Source of the DNA: Chiloscyllium plagiosum
Taxonomy: Eukaryota
NCBI RefSeq assembly: GCF_004010195.1
Contig: NC_057753.1
Location: forward strand, 4,686,887 to 4,748,886
DNA length: 62,000 nt
Direction of reading: 5' to 3'
The notes beneath the pieces are model-generated. The model saw nothing but the letters and a program-made list of their open reading frames with translations. It ran no database searches and had not been told where the DNA came from. Below, in pieces: positions 23,668 to 36,861 of this stretch (positions within the stretch are counted from its first letter, which is position 1; the number at the start of each line of letters is the position of its first letter). A program made the position numbers and the translations under genes.

Positions 23668-24998
23668 AAGATGGAAAATTATAGGCCAATTAGCCTAACC
23701 TCGGTTGTTGGTAAAATTCTAGAATCTATCATTAAGGATGAGGTTTCTAAATTCTTGGAAGAGCAGGGTCGGATTAGAACAAGTCAACATGGATTTAGTA
23801 AGGGGAGGTCGTGCCTGACAAACCTGTTGGAATTCTTTGAAGAGGTGACAAGTAGGTTAGACCAGGGAAACCCAGTGGATGTGGTCTGTCTAGACTTCCA
23901 AACGGCCTTTGATAAGGTGCCACACGGGAGGCTGTTGAGCAAGGTGAGGGCCCGTGGTGTTCGAGGTGAGCTACTGGTATGGATTGAGGATTGGCTGTCT
24001 GACAGAAGGCAGAGAGTTGGGATAAAAGGTTCTTTTTCGGAATGGCAGCCGGTGACAAGTGGTGTCCCGCAGGGCTCAGTGTTGGGGCCGCAGCTGTTCA
24101 CATTATATATTAATGATCTGGATGAAGGGACTGGGGGCATTCTAGCGAAGTTTGCCGATGATACGAAGTTAGGTGGACAGGCAGGTAGTACTGAGGAAGT
24201 GGGGAGGCTGCAGAAGGATCTAGACAGTTTGGGAGAGTGGTCCAGGAAATGGCTGATGGAATTCAATGTGAGCAAATGCGAGGTCTTGCACTTCGGAAAA
24301 AAGAATACGAGCATGGACTACTTTCTAAACGGTGAGAAAATTCATAAAGCCAAAGTACAAAGGGATCTGGGAGTACTAGTTGAGGATTCTCTAAAGGTTG
24401 AGTCTGTGATTAAGAAAGCGAATGCAATGTTGTCATTTATCTCAAGAGGGTTGGAATATAAAAGCACCGATGTGCTACTGAGACTTTATAAAGCTCTGGC
24501 CATTTGGAGTACTGTGTCCAGTTTTAGTCCCCACACCTCGGGAAGGACATACTGGCACTGGAGCGTGTCCAGCGGAGATTCACACGGATGATCCCTGGAA
24601 TGGTAGGTCTAACATATGAGGAACGGCTGAGGATCCTGGGATTGTATTCATTGGAGTTTAGAAGATTAAAGGGAGATCTAATAGAAACTTACNNNNNNNN
24701 NNNNNGTGGACATAGCCTTAGAATTAGAGGGGGTAAATTCAGAACAGAAATGCTGAGACATTTCTTCAGCCAGAGAGTGGTGGGTCTGTGGAATTCATTG
24801 CCACAGAGTGCAGTGGAGGCTGGGATGCTAAATGTCTTCAAGGCAGAAATTGATAAATTCTTGATGTCACAAGGAATTAAGGGCTACGGGGAGAATGCGG
24901 GTAAGTGGAGTTGAAATGCCCATCAGCCATGATTGAATGGCGGAGTGGACTCGATGGGCCGAATGGCCTTACTTCCACTCCTATATCTTATGGTCTTA
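23668..24998 (+). mobile_element. Young CR1 LINE, 5'-truncated, RT domain largely open
   Basis: 306-aa ORF 23671..24591 with [28 protein letters not shown] and KFADDTK; frameshifted C-terminus; 3' tail. Confidence 0.96.
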
Positions 24999-25319
24999 CA
25001 TTCCATTATTGCTTCTGCGCCTGTCCCTTGATTTCATCAGCTAACAATAGTGTTGCTTGTAATTATGGCTACATATAAAACTACCTCTATTATTCAACCC
25101 CCACCACTTCCCACTTTTTCTCCCCTCCTGGAGAAGCCGGAGATTTGTAGCAGTGCAGACCAGGTGGCAGGTTTCTTTTTCCAACAGAAACTGAAATTGC
25201 TGGAGAAATTCAGCAGGTCCAGTAGCACCCGCAGAAAGAAAACAGAGATAACGTTCTTCTTCAGAATGCCAGTTCTCAAGTTTAAGAAGGGACTCCCTGC
25301 CGCATACACCCTGTTTTGG

Positions 25320-25470
25320 CCCCAGCAAGTTCACGCTGGGGAGAGGCTGTACACCGCAAAGAATGTGGGACCTTTCGATTCCCACTTACTGAGACACCCG
25401 CAAGTTCACAAATAAAGACAGTGACTTGATGTTTCTGCGAATCAGATCCAAGGCTGAACCTTGTTCATTA
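25320..25470 (+). pseudogene. ZNF 3'-end relic (last finger, stop, 3' UTR motif)
   Basis: QQVHAGERLY...SHLLRHPQVHK* followed by the family 3' UTR motif. Confidence 0.75.
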
Positions 25471-25827
25471 GAGTCTCTTTCTCTCCACAGATTTTGCTAG
25501 ACCTGCTGAGTTTCTTCAGCAATGTTTGTTCTTGTTTCAGATCTTCAGCACCTTGTTTTATCTTGGGTTCCTTTCCCTCATGAAGCATGTGGTGTGGGGC
25601 AAGCAGCTTTCGCGGTCACTTTGTTTTCCGAGCTTTGGCCCAATAAGTGATCGGATTCATTCAATTCCATTGCACGATCTGATTTTGGGGTTTTTTTTTT
25701 CCTGCATGTTCTCTCATTCCTGACGTAAACACTTGGCAGAGTATTTGGGTCGTGCAGCTGAATCCAAACTCCACCTCCTAGGATCTGGAGGAAATGCCAT
25801 TCTGAAGTAGCCTCAACAGCATCAGAT

Positions 25828-26095
25828 TTTGAACATGGAAAATCGAAATACCGTACATGTTTCGGAGTGCAGGCGAGATTTCACCCGATCACGTGATCCG
25901 TCAAAACACTAATGCGCTCACTTTGGGGGAAAAACCTTGGAAATGTGGAGACTGTGGGGAGGCATTCATCTACCCACCCCTGTTGGAAATACCTCGGCGC
26001 AGTCACACAGGGGAAAGGCCGTTCACCTGCACTGAGTGTGAAAAGGGATTTGCTAATATCTCTGCCCTACTGAAACACCAGCACACTCGCACTGA
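25828..26095 (+). pseudogene. ZNF 5' relic
   Basis: Family start context ttttgaacATGGAA (25835), frameshifted, then [11 protein letters not shown]...[16 protein letters not shown]; truncated at about 26095. Confidence 0.85.
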
Positions 26096-26589
26096 AGCTG
26101 GGGCGAGAGGAGCTCCCGCTGGAACAAAGGGTGGGACACTCAATAAAGTAACCCTCTGAGCATGCACCTCCAGAGGCTCAGCAAGCAAGCACGTCCCACC
26201 GACAGCAAGCACCGCCCCCTCCCCCTTCTTCAGGAAGAACACCGCCTTTCAGTGCGTCTTTCGAGGCAGTGAAAGTGGTGCGGGCGCCCACCCATCCCTT
26301 GCCAAGGCCGTGGCATATGCCTCTTTTCTCATGTCGGGCTGAATGTGACATTTGAACCCGAGCTGTTTTGTTAAATATGTAAAAAGGCATCCAGGAGGAG
26401 TGTGGGATGCAGAGAATGCATCTACCCCCTGCGTAGGAATGACTGGACGCCACCCCAGATGTTGTTTCAGTTGGTCCTGCATTTGCCACCATGCTCCCTT
26501 CTCCCCTCCCCAAATCCAGGAGCAACTCCTCCCCTCTCGTAAATAGCATGTAAAGGAAACTGGGAGAGTCCCATTAGGCTTTGTCTAAT

Positions 26590-27450
26590 GGTCTCATGGC
26601 CTGGCAGACGGAGGAGCAGAAATTAGGCTGTTCAGCCCATCGAGTCTGCTTCGCCATTCGATCATGGTTGATAAGTTTCTCAACCCCATTCTCCCACTTT
26701 CTCCCCGTAACCCTTGATCCCCTTGGCAATCGATTTAATTTATTTCTCTCTGTTTTAAATATTCTAAATGACTTGGCCTTCTGTGGCAGTGAATTCTCTT
26801 GATCCACCACTCTCTGGCTGAAGAAGTTTCCCCTTGTCTCCATTCTAGATTAGATTAGATTAGATTACTTGCAGTGTGGAAACAGGCCCTTCGGCCCAAC
26901 AAGTCCGCACTGCCCCGCCGAAGCGCAACCCACCCATACCCCTACATTTACCCCTTACCTAACACTACGGGCAATTTAGCATGGCCAATTCACCTGACCC
27001 TGCACATCTTTGTGACTGTGGGAGGAAACCGGAGCACCCGGAGGAAACCCACGCAGACACGGGGAGAACGTGCAAACTCCACACAGTCAGTCGCCTGAGG
27101 CGGGAATTGAACCCGGGTCTCTGGCGCTGTGAGGCAGCAGTGCTAACCACTGTGCCACCGGGCCGCCCATAAAAGGTAAAGGTCTTCCCTTTGCTCTGAG
27201 GCTGTTCCCTCAGGGCATCGTCTCTCTTGCCAGTGGAGGCATCTTCCCAACGTCCAGGCTGTTCAGTATTCTGAAAGTTTCAGATCCCCCGCGTCTTGCT
27301 AAACTCCATCGAATACAGTCCTCAAACGTTCCTCATATGTCAAGCCTTTCATTCCTGAGATCATTCTAGTGAGCTTCCTCTGGACCCGCTCCGGGGCCAG
27401 TACGTCCTTCCGGAGGTATGGGGCCCAAAATTGCTCACAATACTCCAAAT
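26590..27450 (-). mobile_element. CR1 3' fragment interrupted by SINE
   Basis: ORF 26574..26843 RGNFFSQRVV; continues past the SINE. Confidence 0.8.
26846..27168 (-). mobile_element. HE1-like SINE, young subfamily
   Basis: Full length, (GATTA)n tail. Confidence 0.95.
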
Positions 27451-27565
27451 TGCCTCAGGCAACCCCAATGTCTGAAGTTACAGGTCCCAAACAATTGTTT
27501 CCCCAATGCCTAAAGGCAATAGTCACTGGCAGCAAAACAGGTCTTGGTCACAAAGTAATAATAAT

Positions 27566-27875
27566 TAGATTAGATTCCCTACAGTGTGGAAACAGGCCCT
27601 TCAGCCCAACAAGTGCACACCGACCCTCCGAAGAGTAACCCACCCAGAACCATTTCTCTCTGACGAATGCATCTAACGCTATGGGCAATTTTACCATGGC
27701 TAATTCACCTGACCAGCCTGTCTTTGGATTGTAGGAGGAAATCGGAGTGCCCAGAGGAAACCCACACAGACATGGGGAGAATGTGCAAACTCCACACAGA
27801 CAGCAACCTGTGGCTGGAATCGAACCTGGGACCCTGACACTGTGAAGCAGCAGTGCTAACCACCGTGCCACCCCG
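27566..27875 (-). mobile_element. HE1-like SINE
   Basis: Head, V-domain and tail are recognisable. Confidence 0.9.
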
Positions 27876-28339
27876 CTCCAGGATACTGTCACTCACAGGC
27901 CCCAAGCTGTTAGTATTCCAAGGCCTAAATTCTCCCCCGGTGAGGTAGTAGTCCAGTCTCCAGGAACAAGCATCCAAGGCACGAGCTGAATAGAAGTGCT
28001 GACTGCCGTGCTTCCCAGGGCAGCAACACCTGAGGCCCCAAGCTGCAGGCCCCAATCCGCAGCAGCTTCTCCCCAACACAGTAGTCGCAGCAGTCTCATT
28101 TCCTGGAGGAGAAATGCATGCCTCCATGCTTCCAAAGATAGCAGCAGCAACAGAGAATCCCAGGTTCGAGTGCCTTCCAGACAGGCAGTCTGCAGCACCA
28201 GACTCTAGGCCTCAACCAGATCCAGCTGCTTTCAGTTGCTATAGCTGTTGACACTTCAGCATCCAAGTTCCAGTGACAGCAGCAGCAGAGTGCAGACTCC
28301 CGATACCCTGCCCTCTACAGAGAAAGCAACTCTCCACTG

Positions 28340-29150
28340 CCACCCTCTCTCTCCTACCTTCAAGCCAATTTTGTATCCAAATGGCTGGCTAGATCCCATG
28401 AGATCTAGAGATGGAAATGTGTTGCTGGAAAAGCGCAGCAGGTCAGGCAGCATCTAGGGAACAGGAGAATCGACGTTTCGGGCATTAGCCCTTCTTCAGG
28501 GCTAATGCCCGAAACATCGATTCTCCTGTTCCCTAGATGCTGCCTGACCTGCTGCATTTTTCCAGCAACACATTTCCATCTCTGATCTCCAGCATCTGCA
28601 GACCTCACTTTCTTCCCATGATATCTAACCTGATTAACCAGTCTACCATGTGGAACCTTGTCAAGTGCCTTGCTGAGGTCCATATTGACAACATCCACCG
28701 CTCTGCCTTCATCAATCTTCGTCCATTCTTTATCATTTCTTCAAAAACCTCGTGAGTGAGACACAATTTCCCACACACACAGCCATGTTGACCATCCCTA
28801 ATCAGTCTTTGCCTTTTCAAATGCATGTCAATCCTGTCCCTCAGGATCACATCCTACAAATTATCTGCCACTGACTCGGGTCCAACAGTCTATAATTCCC
28901 TGCCTTTTCTTTATCACCTTTCTTAAATTATATCACAACATAAGCCAGCTTCTGGTCTTCCAGCACCTCACCTGTGGCTATTGATGATACAAATATCTCA
29001 ACAAAAGGGACAAGCAATCACTTCCCTAGTTTCCCACAAAGTACTGGGATAGACCTGATCAGCGCCCAGGGATTTGTCCGCCTTTGTGCAATTTAAGGCC
29101 ACCAGCATCACATTCTCTGTAACATGGACACCTTTCAAGTTAGCACTATT
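28340..29150 (-). mobile_element. CR1 ORF2 fragment
   Basis: [37 protein letters not shown]. Confidence 0.85.
28408..28613. mobile_element. Palindromic PLE-terminus mini-element with 14-bp TSD and hammerhead
   Basis: About 85-bp inverted arms around 28495; TSD tcccatgagatcta (28394-28407) / tcccatgatatcta (28614-28627); minus-strand CTGAAGA-a-GGGC-taat-GCCC-GAAA-CGTC. Confidence 0.85.
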
Positions 29151-29179
29151 TATTTTGGTTGGATTCATATCTGGCACAC

Positions 29180-30300
29180 AGGCAGATGGTTGTGGCGTTT
29201 GGAGGTCAGTCACTTCAGCTCCAGGTTATCGCTGCAGAAGTTCCTCATTGTTGTGTCCTAGGCCTCACCACCTTCAGTTGCTTCATCCATGACCTCCTCG
29301 CCATCATCAGGGTCAGATGTGGGTATGTTTGCCAATGTTCAGCCCCATTTGTGGTGACTCAGATACTGAAGTCGTCCATCTCCAAATGTAGCAAGACCTC
29401 AACAATACCCACGCTTGGGCTGCCAAGTGCAAATAACATTCACACCACGTAGATTATTCTCCAATAAGGGACAATCTGACCAACACCCCGTGACATTCAA
29501 TAGCATCACAACATCTGAATCCTGCACTATCAGCATCCTGGAGGTTACCATTAACCAGAAGCTGAATTGGACCAGCCGTATCAATGCAAATATATAAATG
29601 TGATAACAACAATACTCCTGCCACTGGAGAGCTGCATGCAGATTTGGTCCCCTTATTGGAGGTAGGATGTAATTGCATTGGAGACAATGAGGGGGGAGTT
29701 TTCCACGCAAAGGTTAATCCATATATGGAACGAGGTGCCAGAGGAAGTGAGAGCGACGGGTCTAAATTACAACATTTAAAAGGCACTTGGACAGATTCAC
29801 AACAGGAAAGGTTTGGAGGGATACTGGCAAATGGGAGTAGCTCGGTTTGGGAAAGCTGGTCAGCAGAGAAGAGTTGGGCCAAAGGGCCTGTTTTCATGCT
29901 GTATCCCTCTATGATTGGAAGGATGAGAGAAGATTTCATTGAGGTATAAAAGATGTGAAAGGCGATTGACAAAATTAGACGTAGAAGAAATGTTTCCCTT
30001 TTGTGGGGGGGGTAATCTCAAATGAGAGGTCGTAGTTTGAGTCTTACCTGACAGATTTATAACGGGGTAAGGCAGAATTACTTCTTGAAAGGTCGTGAAT
30101 CCGTGGAATTCACTATCTCAGGGTGTGGTGGGTGCAGAACATTGAATAGATTTGAGGAGGAGATAGCTTTTTAATTAGTTGAAGGGTTATGGGGAGAGGA
30201 CAAGAAAGTGGAGCTGATGGCCAGATGAGACCAGCCGTGATCGTACTAAATGGCGATTGAGGTTCAAGTGGCTGCAATGCCTACTCCTGGTTCTTATGTG
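29180..30300 (+). mobile_element. Stacked LINE fragments (second family plus CR1 tails)
   Basis: gttcctcattgttgtgtcctaggc ([13 protein letters not shown]) followed by two decayed CR1 3' ends. Confidence 0.65.
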
Positions 30301-31131
30301 CTCTATTATAATTACTCAGTGGTCCAAAGACCTGCTGAACGGGACCTAATCTGGAGGCCAGGGACCAACTGCTACAACCAGAGTTCAGCTTGATTGAAAG
30401 CAGCTCCGAACTGATCTGTCGGTTTCTCCACTTGGTTCTGTGAGCAACACCTGCCAAAAGATACTGGAAATCTGAAATAACAAGAACAATGTCTGGAAAT
30501 ACTCAGCAGGCCAGGTAGTATCTGTGGACAACAAAACAAAGCAGGGTGAGCAGGCTTACAGGAATAAAAATGGTGCAGGGTTTGATGGTCACTATAAGCT
30601 GAAAAGTTGAAGAGAAATGTGCAGGAAAAGCCAATCCTGACTGCAAGATCTTTTGGGAAGATGAAACAACTTTTGGTACTGCACTACATATATAGATAAC
30701 AGGGAAGATGAGCAAATGGGTTGCTGAATATTTTGCAAAATAGCAGGTATTAAGGAGCACCTTAAAAGAGGGTGGTCAGGTGCAGAGGTTTAGTGTGGAA
30801 TCTGTAGGCACTGTCATTTTTTTGTGGGACTGTACTCTTAAAATCAGGAATCCTCAGCAATCTAGAATTAAAGTGCACATCTCTTGTTGAGTTTGTAAGG
30901 GATTACAGAAGTAGTGAATTTTGAGTAGGTCCTGACTGTAAGTCAGTATTTATGGTCACTTTTCCCTATATGTATCTTTGAGTTCTCTCTCTCACACCTT
31001 TTTTTAAAATGTACTAAATCAATTTCCGGAAATAATATAAGGGCAGGAGTTGCTGATGAGAAACTCAAACAATCCAAATCGCATCAGCATCTGACAGCCT
31101 CCCAATTTATTATAATCTGAATACCCTTAGA

Positions 31132-31760
31132 TTTTGAACACAGAAGGGAAAAAAACACCGTTTACAGGGGAGAGAAATGCACACGTATTCTGTGTGTGGG
31201 CGAGGCTTCAGTCAACCACCTGACCTGTTGAGACACAAGCATGGTTACGATGGAAAGAAATCATGGAAATGTAGGGACTGCGGGTGGGAATTTGGTTTCC
31301 TGTCTCAGTTGCAAGTTCATCACCGTAGTCATACTGGAGAGAGACCATTCGTGTGCACTGCATGTGGGAAGGGATTCAATCAAACTTGCTGAAACACCAG
31401 CGAACTTGCACTGGGGAGAGATCTTTTGTTTGTTATGCATGTAGGACTCATTCAAGTGTCTGACCTGCAGCAAGACCAGAGACTTTAGACTGCGGAGAGG
31501 CCGTTCTTCTGCTCAGTGATTGGGAAGGCATTCACCAGCTCATCCACCCTGCTTTGGCACTAGTGAGTGCACACTGGGGAGAGGCTGTTCACTGCAAAGA
31601 ATGTGGGAAGGGATTCATTCAGTCATTCCAACTGAGCACCAGCAAGTTCACAAGTAACCACAGTAATTTGATCTTTCTACCTATCAGATCCAGGATTGAA
31701 CCTGATTAATTGGAGTCTGGTTATGCTGATGTTAAGAAGTTCCAACCTGGCTCCAGTGTC
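31132..31760 (+). pseudogene. ZNF pseudogene (start codon lost, frameshifts, stops)
   Basis: ttttgaacACAgaa in place of ...ATGgaa; YSVCGRGF...WKCRDCG...[16 protein letters not shown]; ends caagttcacaagTAA plus a 3' UTR similar to that of ZNF-C. Confidence 0.88.
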
Positions 31761-32149
31761 TAATATTCGGGATAAAAATCAAATAAATCAGCATTGTGTG
31801 TTGTGTCTTTTTAATATTGCTAATACAGAAGTTGTTAAAGGACTCTCCTTCTCCTCTGTGTCCTCCATCCTCACTTTCACTAACTGTGGAAGGAGTTCAC
31901 TGAACTTCTCTCTCAGTAAGATTCAGTCAATTTGATCAGCTGCCTCTGCTATTTCCCTCCCTTCCACTAACCTCACAGGATCGAACAGTCTCTAAACTTC
32001 AGTTTTGTCCGAAATCTAAACCTACATCTTTCTGCCCCTCCCACCCGGTCAGAGCTAATCCTGCTCCCCGGTTGCCCCCCTCCCATTAAACTACTTGTCA
32101 CCTGAATTCCCAAGTTGACGGAACCCTCCCCTAAAATTACAGCATTTAT

Positions 32150-32565
32150 ACTCCGGGAGAAACTGCACACGTTGTGTTCTGGAGAAGGGTTCAGCTGAAG
32201 ATTACACCTGGAGAGACACATGCAGTATGGGGAAATTGCGGGTAATGATTGCATTCCCCACCCGCACTGGGAAGTCTTCAACACGGTCACACTGGGAGCA
32301 GGCGGTTCGCCCGCCCTGAGTGTGGGAAAGAATTCACTCAGTCATTCTGACTGTTGATGCACCAGCAAGTTCACACTTGGAGAGGCTATTTACCTGCTCC
32401 AGGTGTTGGGAGACATTCAGTCAATTATATCTGTGTTCCAAGCCAGTGAGTTCACACCAGGGAATGGCCATTCACCTGCCCTCATTCACAGTCATTCACC
32501 CTGCTGACACACCAATGTGTTCACAATTGGCCACGGGGATTGGATTCTGCTGTTATTCGTAATCC
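32150..32565 (+). pseudogene. Heavily decayed ZNF relic
   Basis: cacactgggagcaggcggttc, gagtgtgggaaagaattcactcagtca and ccctgctgacacacca are finger and linker DNA. Confidence 0.75.
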
Positions 32566-32569
32566 AATA

Positions 32570-33035
32570 AAAGATTTACAAGGATGTAGCCAGGGCTTGA
32601 GGTTTGAGCTCTAGGGAGAGGCTGAATAGACTGGGGCTGTTTTCCCTGGTGTGTCAGAGGTTGAGGGATGCCCTTTATAGAGGTTTACAAAATCATGAGG
32701 GCATGATTAGGATAAACGGACAAGGTCTTTTCCTGGGATGGGAGAGTCCAGAACCAGAGGGCATAGTTTTAGGTTGAGAGGGGCAATATTTAAAAGGGAC
32801 CTAAGGGCCAACCTTTTCATGCAGAGGGTGGTGCATGTATGGAATGAGCTGCCAGAGGTGGTGGAGGAGGCTGGTACAATTGCAACATGTAAAAGGCATC
32901 TAGATGGGTATAAGAATAGGAAGGGTTCAGAGGGATATCGGCCCAGTGCTGGCAAATGGGACGCAATGAGGTTAGGATATCTGGTCAGCACAGACGAGTT
33001 GGACCAAAGGGTCTGTTTCTGCTGGCCATCTCAAT
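32570..33035 (+). mobile_element. CR1 LINE 3' end
   Basis: ORF 32738..33037 ESRTRGHSF...WNELP. Confidence 0.9.
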
Positions 33036-34315
33036 GACAAGAAGGAACTGCTTTATGTCAATCCTGCTCGCTGCGTGCAGTGATGCTGCTTTGGAATACT
33101 TCAAGGTGTGGGCATCTGCACATACCATATGCCTGAGGCAGTCTGCTCCTTATCAAAGTAAAGCTTTGTAATGCCTTATGTACTGTAACAGCCCTGTATT
33201 TACATCTGTACATAGTAGGTTATCAAAAACAACTCTTTAAAATAGTGTCTAAGACCTACCACTTTACATGCTCTGTCTATACTGTTGTCTTCTTTCTTCC
33301 TGTCACCAGCCTCATCATGATTAGTATCAACCTGACTATACCACATGATTCATGTTCATTTTGAGATGGGGTTTGTTTCTGCTATTGCTCATAACCCCTG
33401 TAACAGGACTAGAACCTAACAGTCTGGATCAAGAGCTGGTTGTCTGACCAAGGGTGCAGTGTCCCTTTGAGAGCTACTGTCTGATCTTTCCTCTGAATTT
33501 CAGAACCTCTCATCAGAATTTAGTTCAGAATGACGCCTTCAATCTTTACTTCAATTCTCTGCTCATCTTTGGTAAGATCTTGACAGTTCAATGTTTGAAA
33601 GACTCCACTGATTAGCAGCTCCACTTCTTGCTGACAATCCTGACTGATTGCACATTCCGGGAAAGAAGGGGAATGAGAATTGGGAAAATGTAGAGTCTCC
33701 AAATGTTACGTTTCCATCTGGTACAGAAATCTCAGCACAGGAATGGAGACGAGTCCAACCAAGGACTGGAAGAAATCATTGTCTCATAAATTTGTAAACT
33801 CTGAGGACATTTCTTGAATATAATCAAAATAGTTCTCTCTCTCCTCTCTCTCAAAAAAAGATTTCCATAGCTAATTGATGGCTGACAGGCCTGTTATCTC
33901 TGCTAAGCATGTCTCTCACACCGGGACTGAAACAAGACATCACAAATCTGTTAAAGTGCTGAAGGAGAATTGGATCTCACATTAATTGACTCTCATGTGC
34001 AAGAACATCACTTCAAAATGGAACGACATTCAGAATTGATCCAGGTTATCTTCAGCCCAATGCACATGCAGGCTCCCACCACTTAGCCATCCACAGGAGA
34101 TGCCAGCACCAACCACAGAGATCAGGTCTCTTTGTATCTTCTGTGTTCTCTGGGATTAATAGACCATTCTTATCTGTCACAGGCCATATGAGTTCCCTGT
34201 CTGTTTAGCTTATGCTTTGACTTTTAACTCTTGTTCCCTACTTTAAGATCATCTCAACTCCCTTTTTGAATATTCTAGAAGTCTAGGATTGAAAATCTCA
34301 CCAATGTGTGCAATT

Positions 34316-35125
34316 GTAGAGTCATCGAGTTGTACAGCATGGAAACGGACCCTTCAGGCCAACGTGTCCATACTGACCAGGTATCCTAATTTAATCTTGT
34401 TGCATTTGCCGGCATTTGGCCCATATCCATCTAAATTCTTCCTATTCATGTACCCATCCAGATGCCTTTTAAATGTTGTAATTGCAGCACTTTCTCTGGC
34501 AGCACCATCCTCTTCATGAAAATGTTGTCCCTTAGATTCCTTTTAAATCTTTACCATTTCACCTTAAACCTATGCTGTTTAGTCTTGGACTCCCCTACCC
34601 TGGGAAAAAGACCTTGGCTATTCACACTTTCCATGCCCCTCACGATTTTCTCAACCTCTATAAGATCACCCCTCAGCCTCTGGCACTCCAGGGAAAATAG
34701 CCCCAGCCTATTCAGCATCAAACCCTCCAAACCTGGCAACATCTTTTAAATCCTTTCTCACCCCTGTCAAAATTGAAAAGCATGTTTCCTAAAGAAGGGG
34801 GACCAAAACGGAAAGCAGTATTCCAAAAATGGCCTAAACCAATGTCCTGTACAGCCACAACATGACCTCCCAACTCCCAATACTCAATGCATTGACCAAT
34901 AAAGACAAGTGTACCAAATACCTTCTTCATAACTCTAACTACCTGCGACTCCACTTTCAACCAACTATAAACCTGCACCCTAAGGTCTCTTTGTTCAGCA
35001 AAACCCCTAGCATTAAGTGTATAGTCCTGCCCTGATTTGCCTTACCAAAATGCTACATCTCCCAGTTATCTAAATTAGATTACAACTACCATTCCTCAGC
35101 CCATCTGGTCAAGGCCATGTTGTAC
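34316..35125 (-). mobile_element. CR1 LINE 3' fragment
   Basis: ORFs 34551..34742 and 34718..34978 are CR1 C-terminal peptides. Confidence 0.88.
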
Positions 35126-35689
35126 TTTTGCCTCCCTTCAAGCTAATTTTCTGTTCATATTTTATGGAAAAAAGATACAGAGGCTCTGGAGAGTGTGCAG
35201 AGAAGATTTGTAATGATCCCAGAAATGTGTGGATTTCCCGATCAGGAAACGATTGACAGGCTGGGTCACATTTCTCTGGCTGAGGGAGTGACATAATAAA
35301 GGTATTTGATCTTATGATAGAAGGATACACAGAGAAAGTTCCCTCCTGTAGCAAAGAGACCATCAATATAGGATATTCACCAAGAAATCCAGTAGAGAAT
35401 TCAGAAGAGTCTGCTTCTCTGAAACGGTGTGAGGATGGAGAACTCACTCCCGCAAGAAATGGTTGAAATGAATAGTGCTGATCTATTTATGGTGAGGCTG
35501 GACAAATATACAAGGGAATATGAGAATACAAAGGTAGAATTTGACGTGGACAAGTGGCAGGAGCCTAACATGGAACTTAAAGGCCAGAATGGATTAATTG
35601 ATCTGAATACTATGTTTCTGGGTATATCCTGAGTAGTTATATGTAAGGCCTTAACTGTAACATCCAACTTGGAGAGACATTAGGACACC

Positions 35690-36150
35690 CACAATAGGAA
35701 GGACTGGTGGAAGTGTGAGCGTGTGGGAAGGGATTCAGTTTTCCACTTGTCCTTGGTGCAGTCATGGTGGGAGAGACCATGAGTGGTAAGGGATTTGCCG
35801 ATTTGTCCAGCTCCCAGAAACAACAACACACAAAGTGATACCGTAAGGCTAGCAACAAAAACCAGTATTGCTGGGCGGACTTGGCAGTTCAGGCAGCATC
35901 TGTGCAAAGAAAGCAAGGGTCGACATTTAAGGTTCGGCGACCCTTCATCAGAACCATTAGATTTGCTCTGTATGTGGGGAGAGATTCAGTCCAGGAGAAA
36001 GCGAGGACTGCAGGTGCTGGAGATCAGAGTCAAGAGTGTGGTGCTGGAAAAGCACAGCAGGTCAGGCAGCATCCGAGGAGCAGGAGAATCGACATTTCGG
36101 GCATAAGCCCTTCATCAGGAATTGATTCAATCAGTCATCCAGTTTCCAGT
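35690..36150 (+). pseudogene. ZNF relic split by two PLE-terminus inserts
   Basis: tggaagtgt...tgtgggaagggattcagt, gggagagaccat and tgctctgtatgtggggagagattcagtc...agtcatccag. Inserts at about 35850-35955 and 35995-36122; the second carries a minus-strand hammerhead (36088-36120). Confidence 0.65.
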
Positions 36151-36861
36151 TAGTCTCTGTGAGAATGATGATGACTCTTTATTAAGTAGGAGTTGTGATA
36201 AAGATTTCTGATATATTGGTGTAATTTGGGAATCTGCATTCTAAAGTAAAAGGAAGTAGGTTTTGTTACAGTTGTGAAGGGACTTTTTTTTTAAAAGTCA
36301 GAAAATCATGTTTAACAGGGAGTTCAAAATCATTACCAAGAAAACGTGAGACTTATCTGAGAAGAACAGCAAGTCACTTTGGTGCAATGGTTGCTAAGTT
36401 GCTTTTAATGAACTGCAGATTAACAGATGGTCAGAAGCCCTTTTCAACTTGAGGTCAGAAGAAACAATTAGTCCAGTAAAAAGAAATTAAGTTTGTGGGA
36501 AGCCTTCAGGCTGGAAATAAGCTTTATTTTTCAGTTCGAGAAGAAAAGCTGGAGAGACAAAATTTCTCTTAAAGTTCAATCAGCAGGTCAGTAGGCTCAT
36601 CCTTATTTTTGAGTTTTTGGAAGAGACTGAGGGAATTACATCTGAATGAGTGTACAGCAAAGCCAAAGGGGACTGTCTGAAACTTCACCATTTAAGCAAG
36701 AAAGCAGAGAATTGTGATTGGAGCCTTTTCACTGGAGTTGAGTACTTGTAAAGGATACCATGAAAAATTGTTGAATTCTTCCTTTTCCTTGTTTTAAGCA
36801 TCTTACAACTTTTTAAAAAAATTCAATCAAACTTGATGTTATTTATGTAAATTAGCTCACT

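Noticed and set aside
27941..27952. tgaggtagtagt, identical to the 5' end of let-7 family miRNAs
   Set aside because: Only 12 nt match; the remainder diverges and I saw no precursor hairpin.
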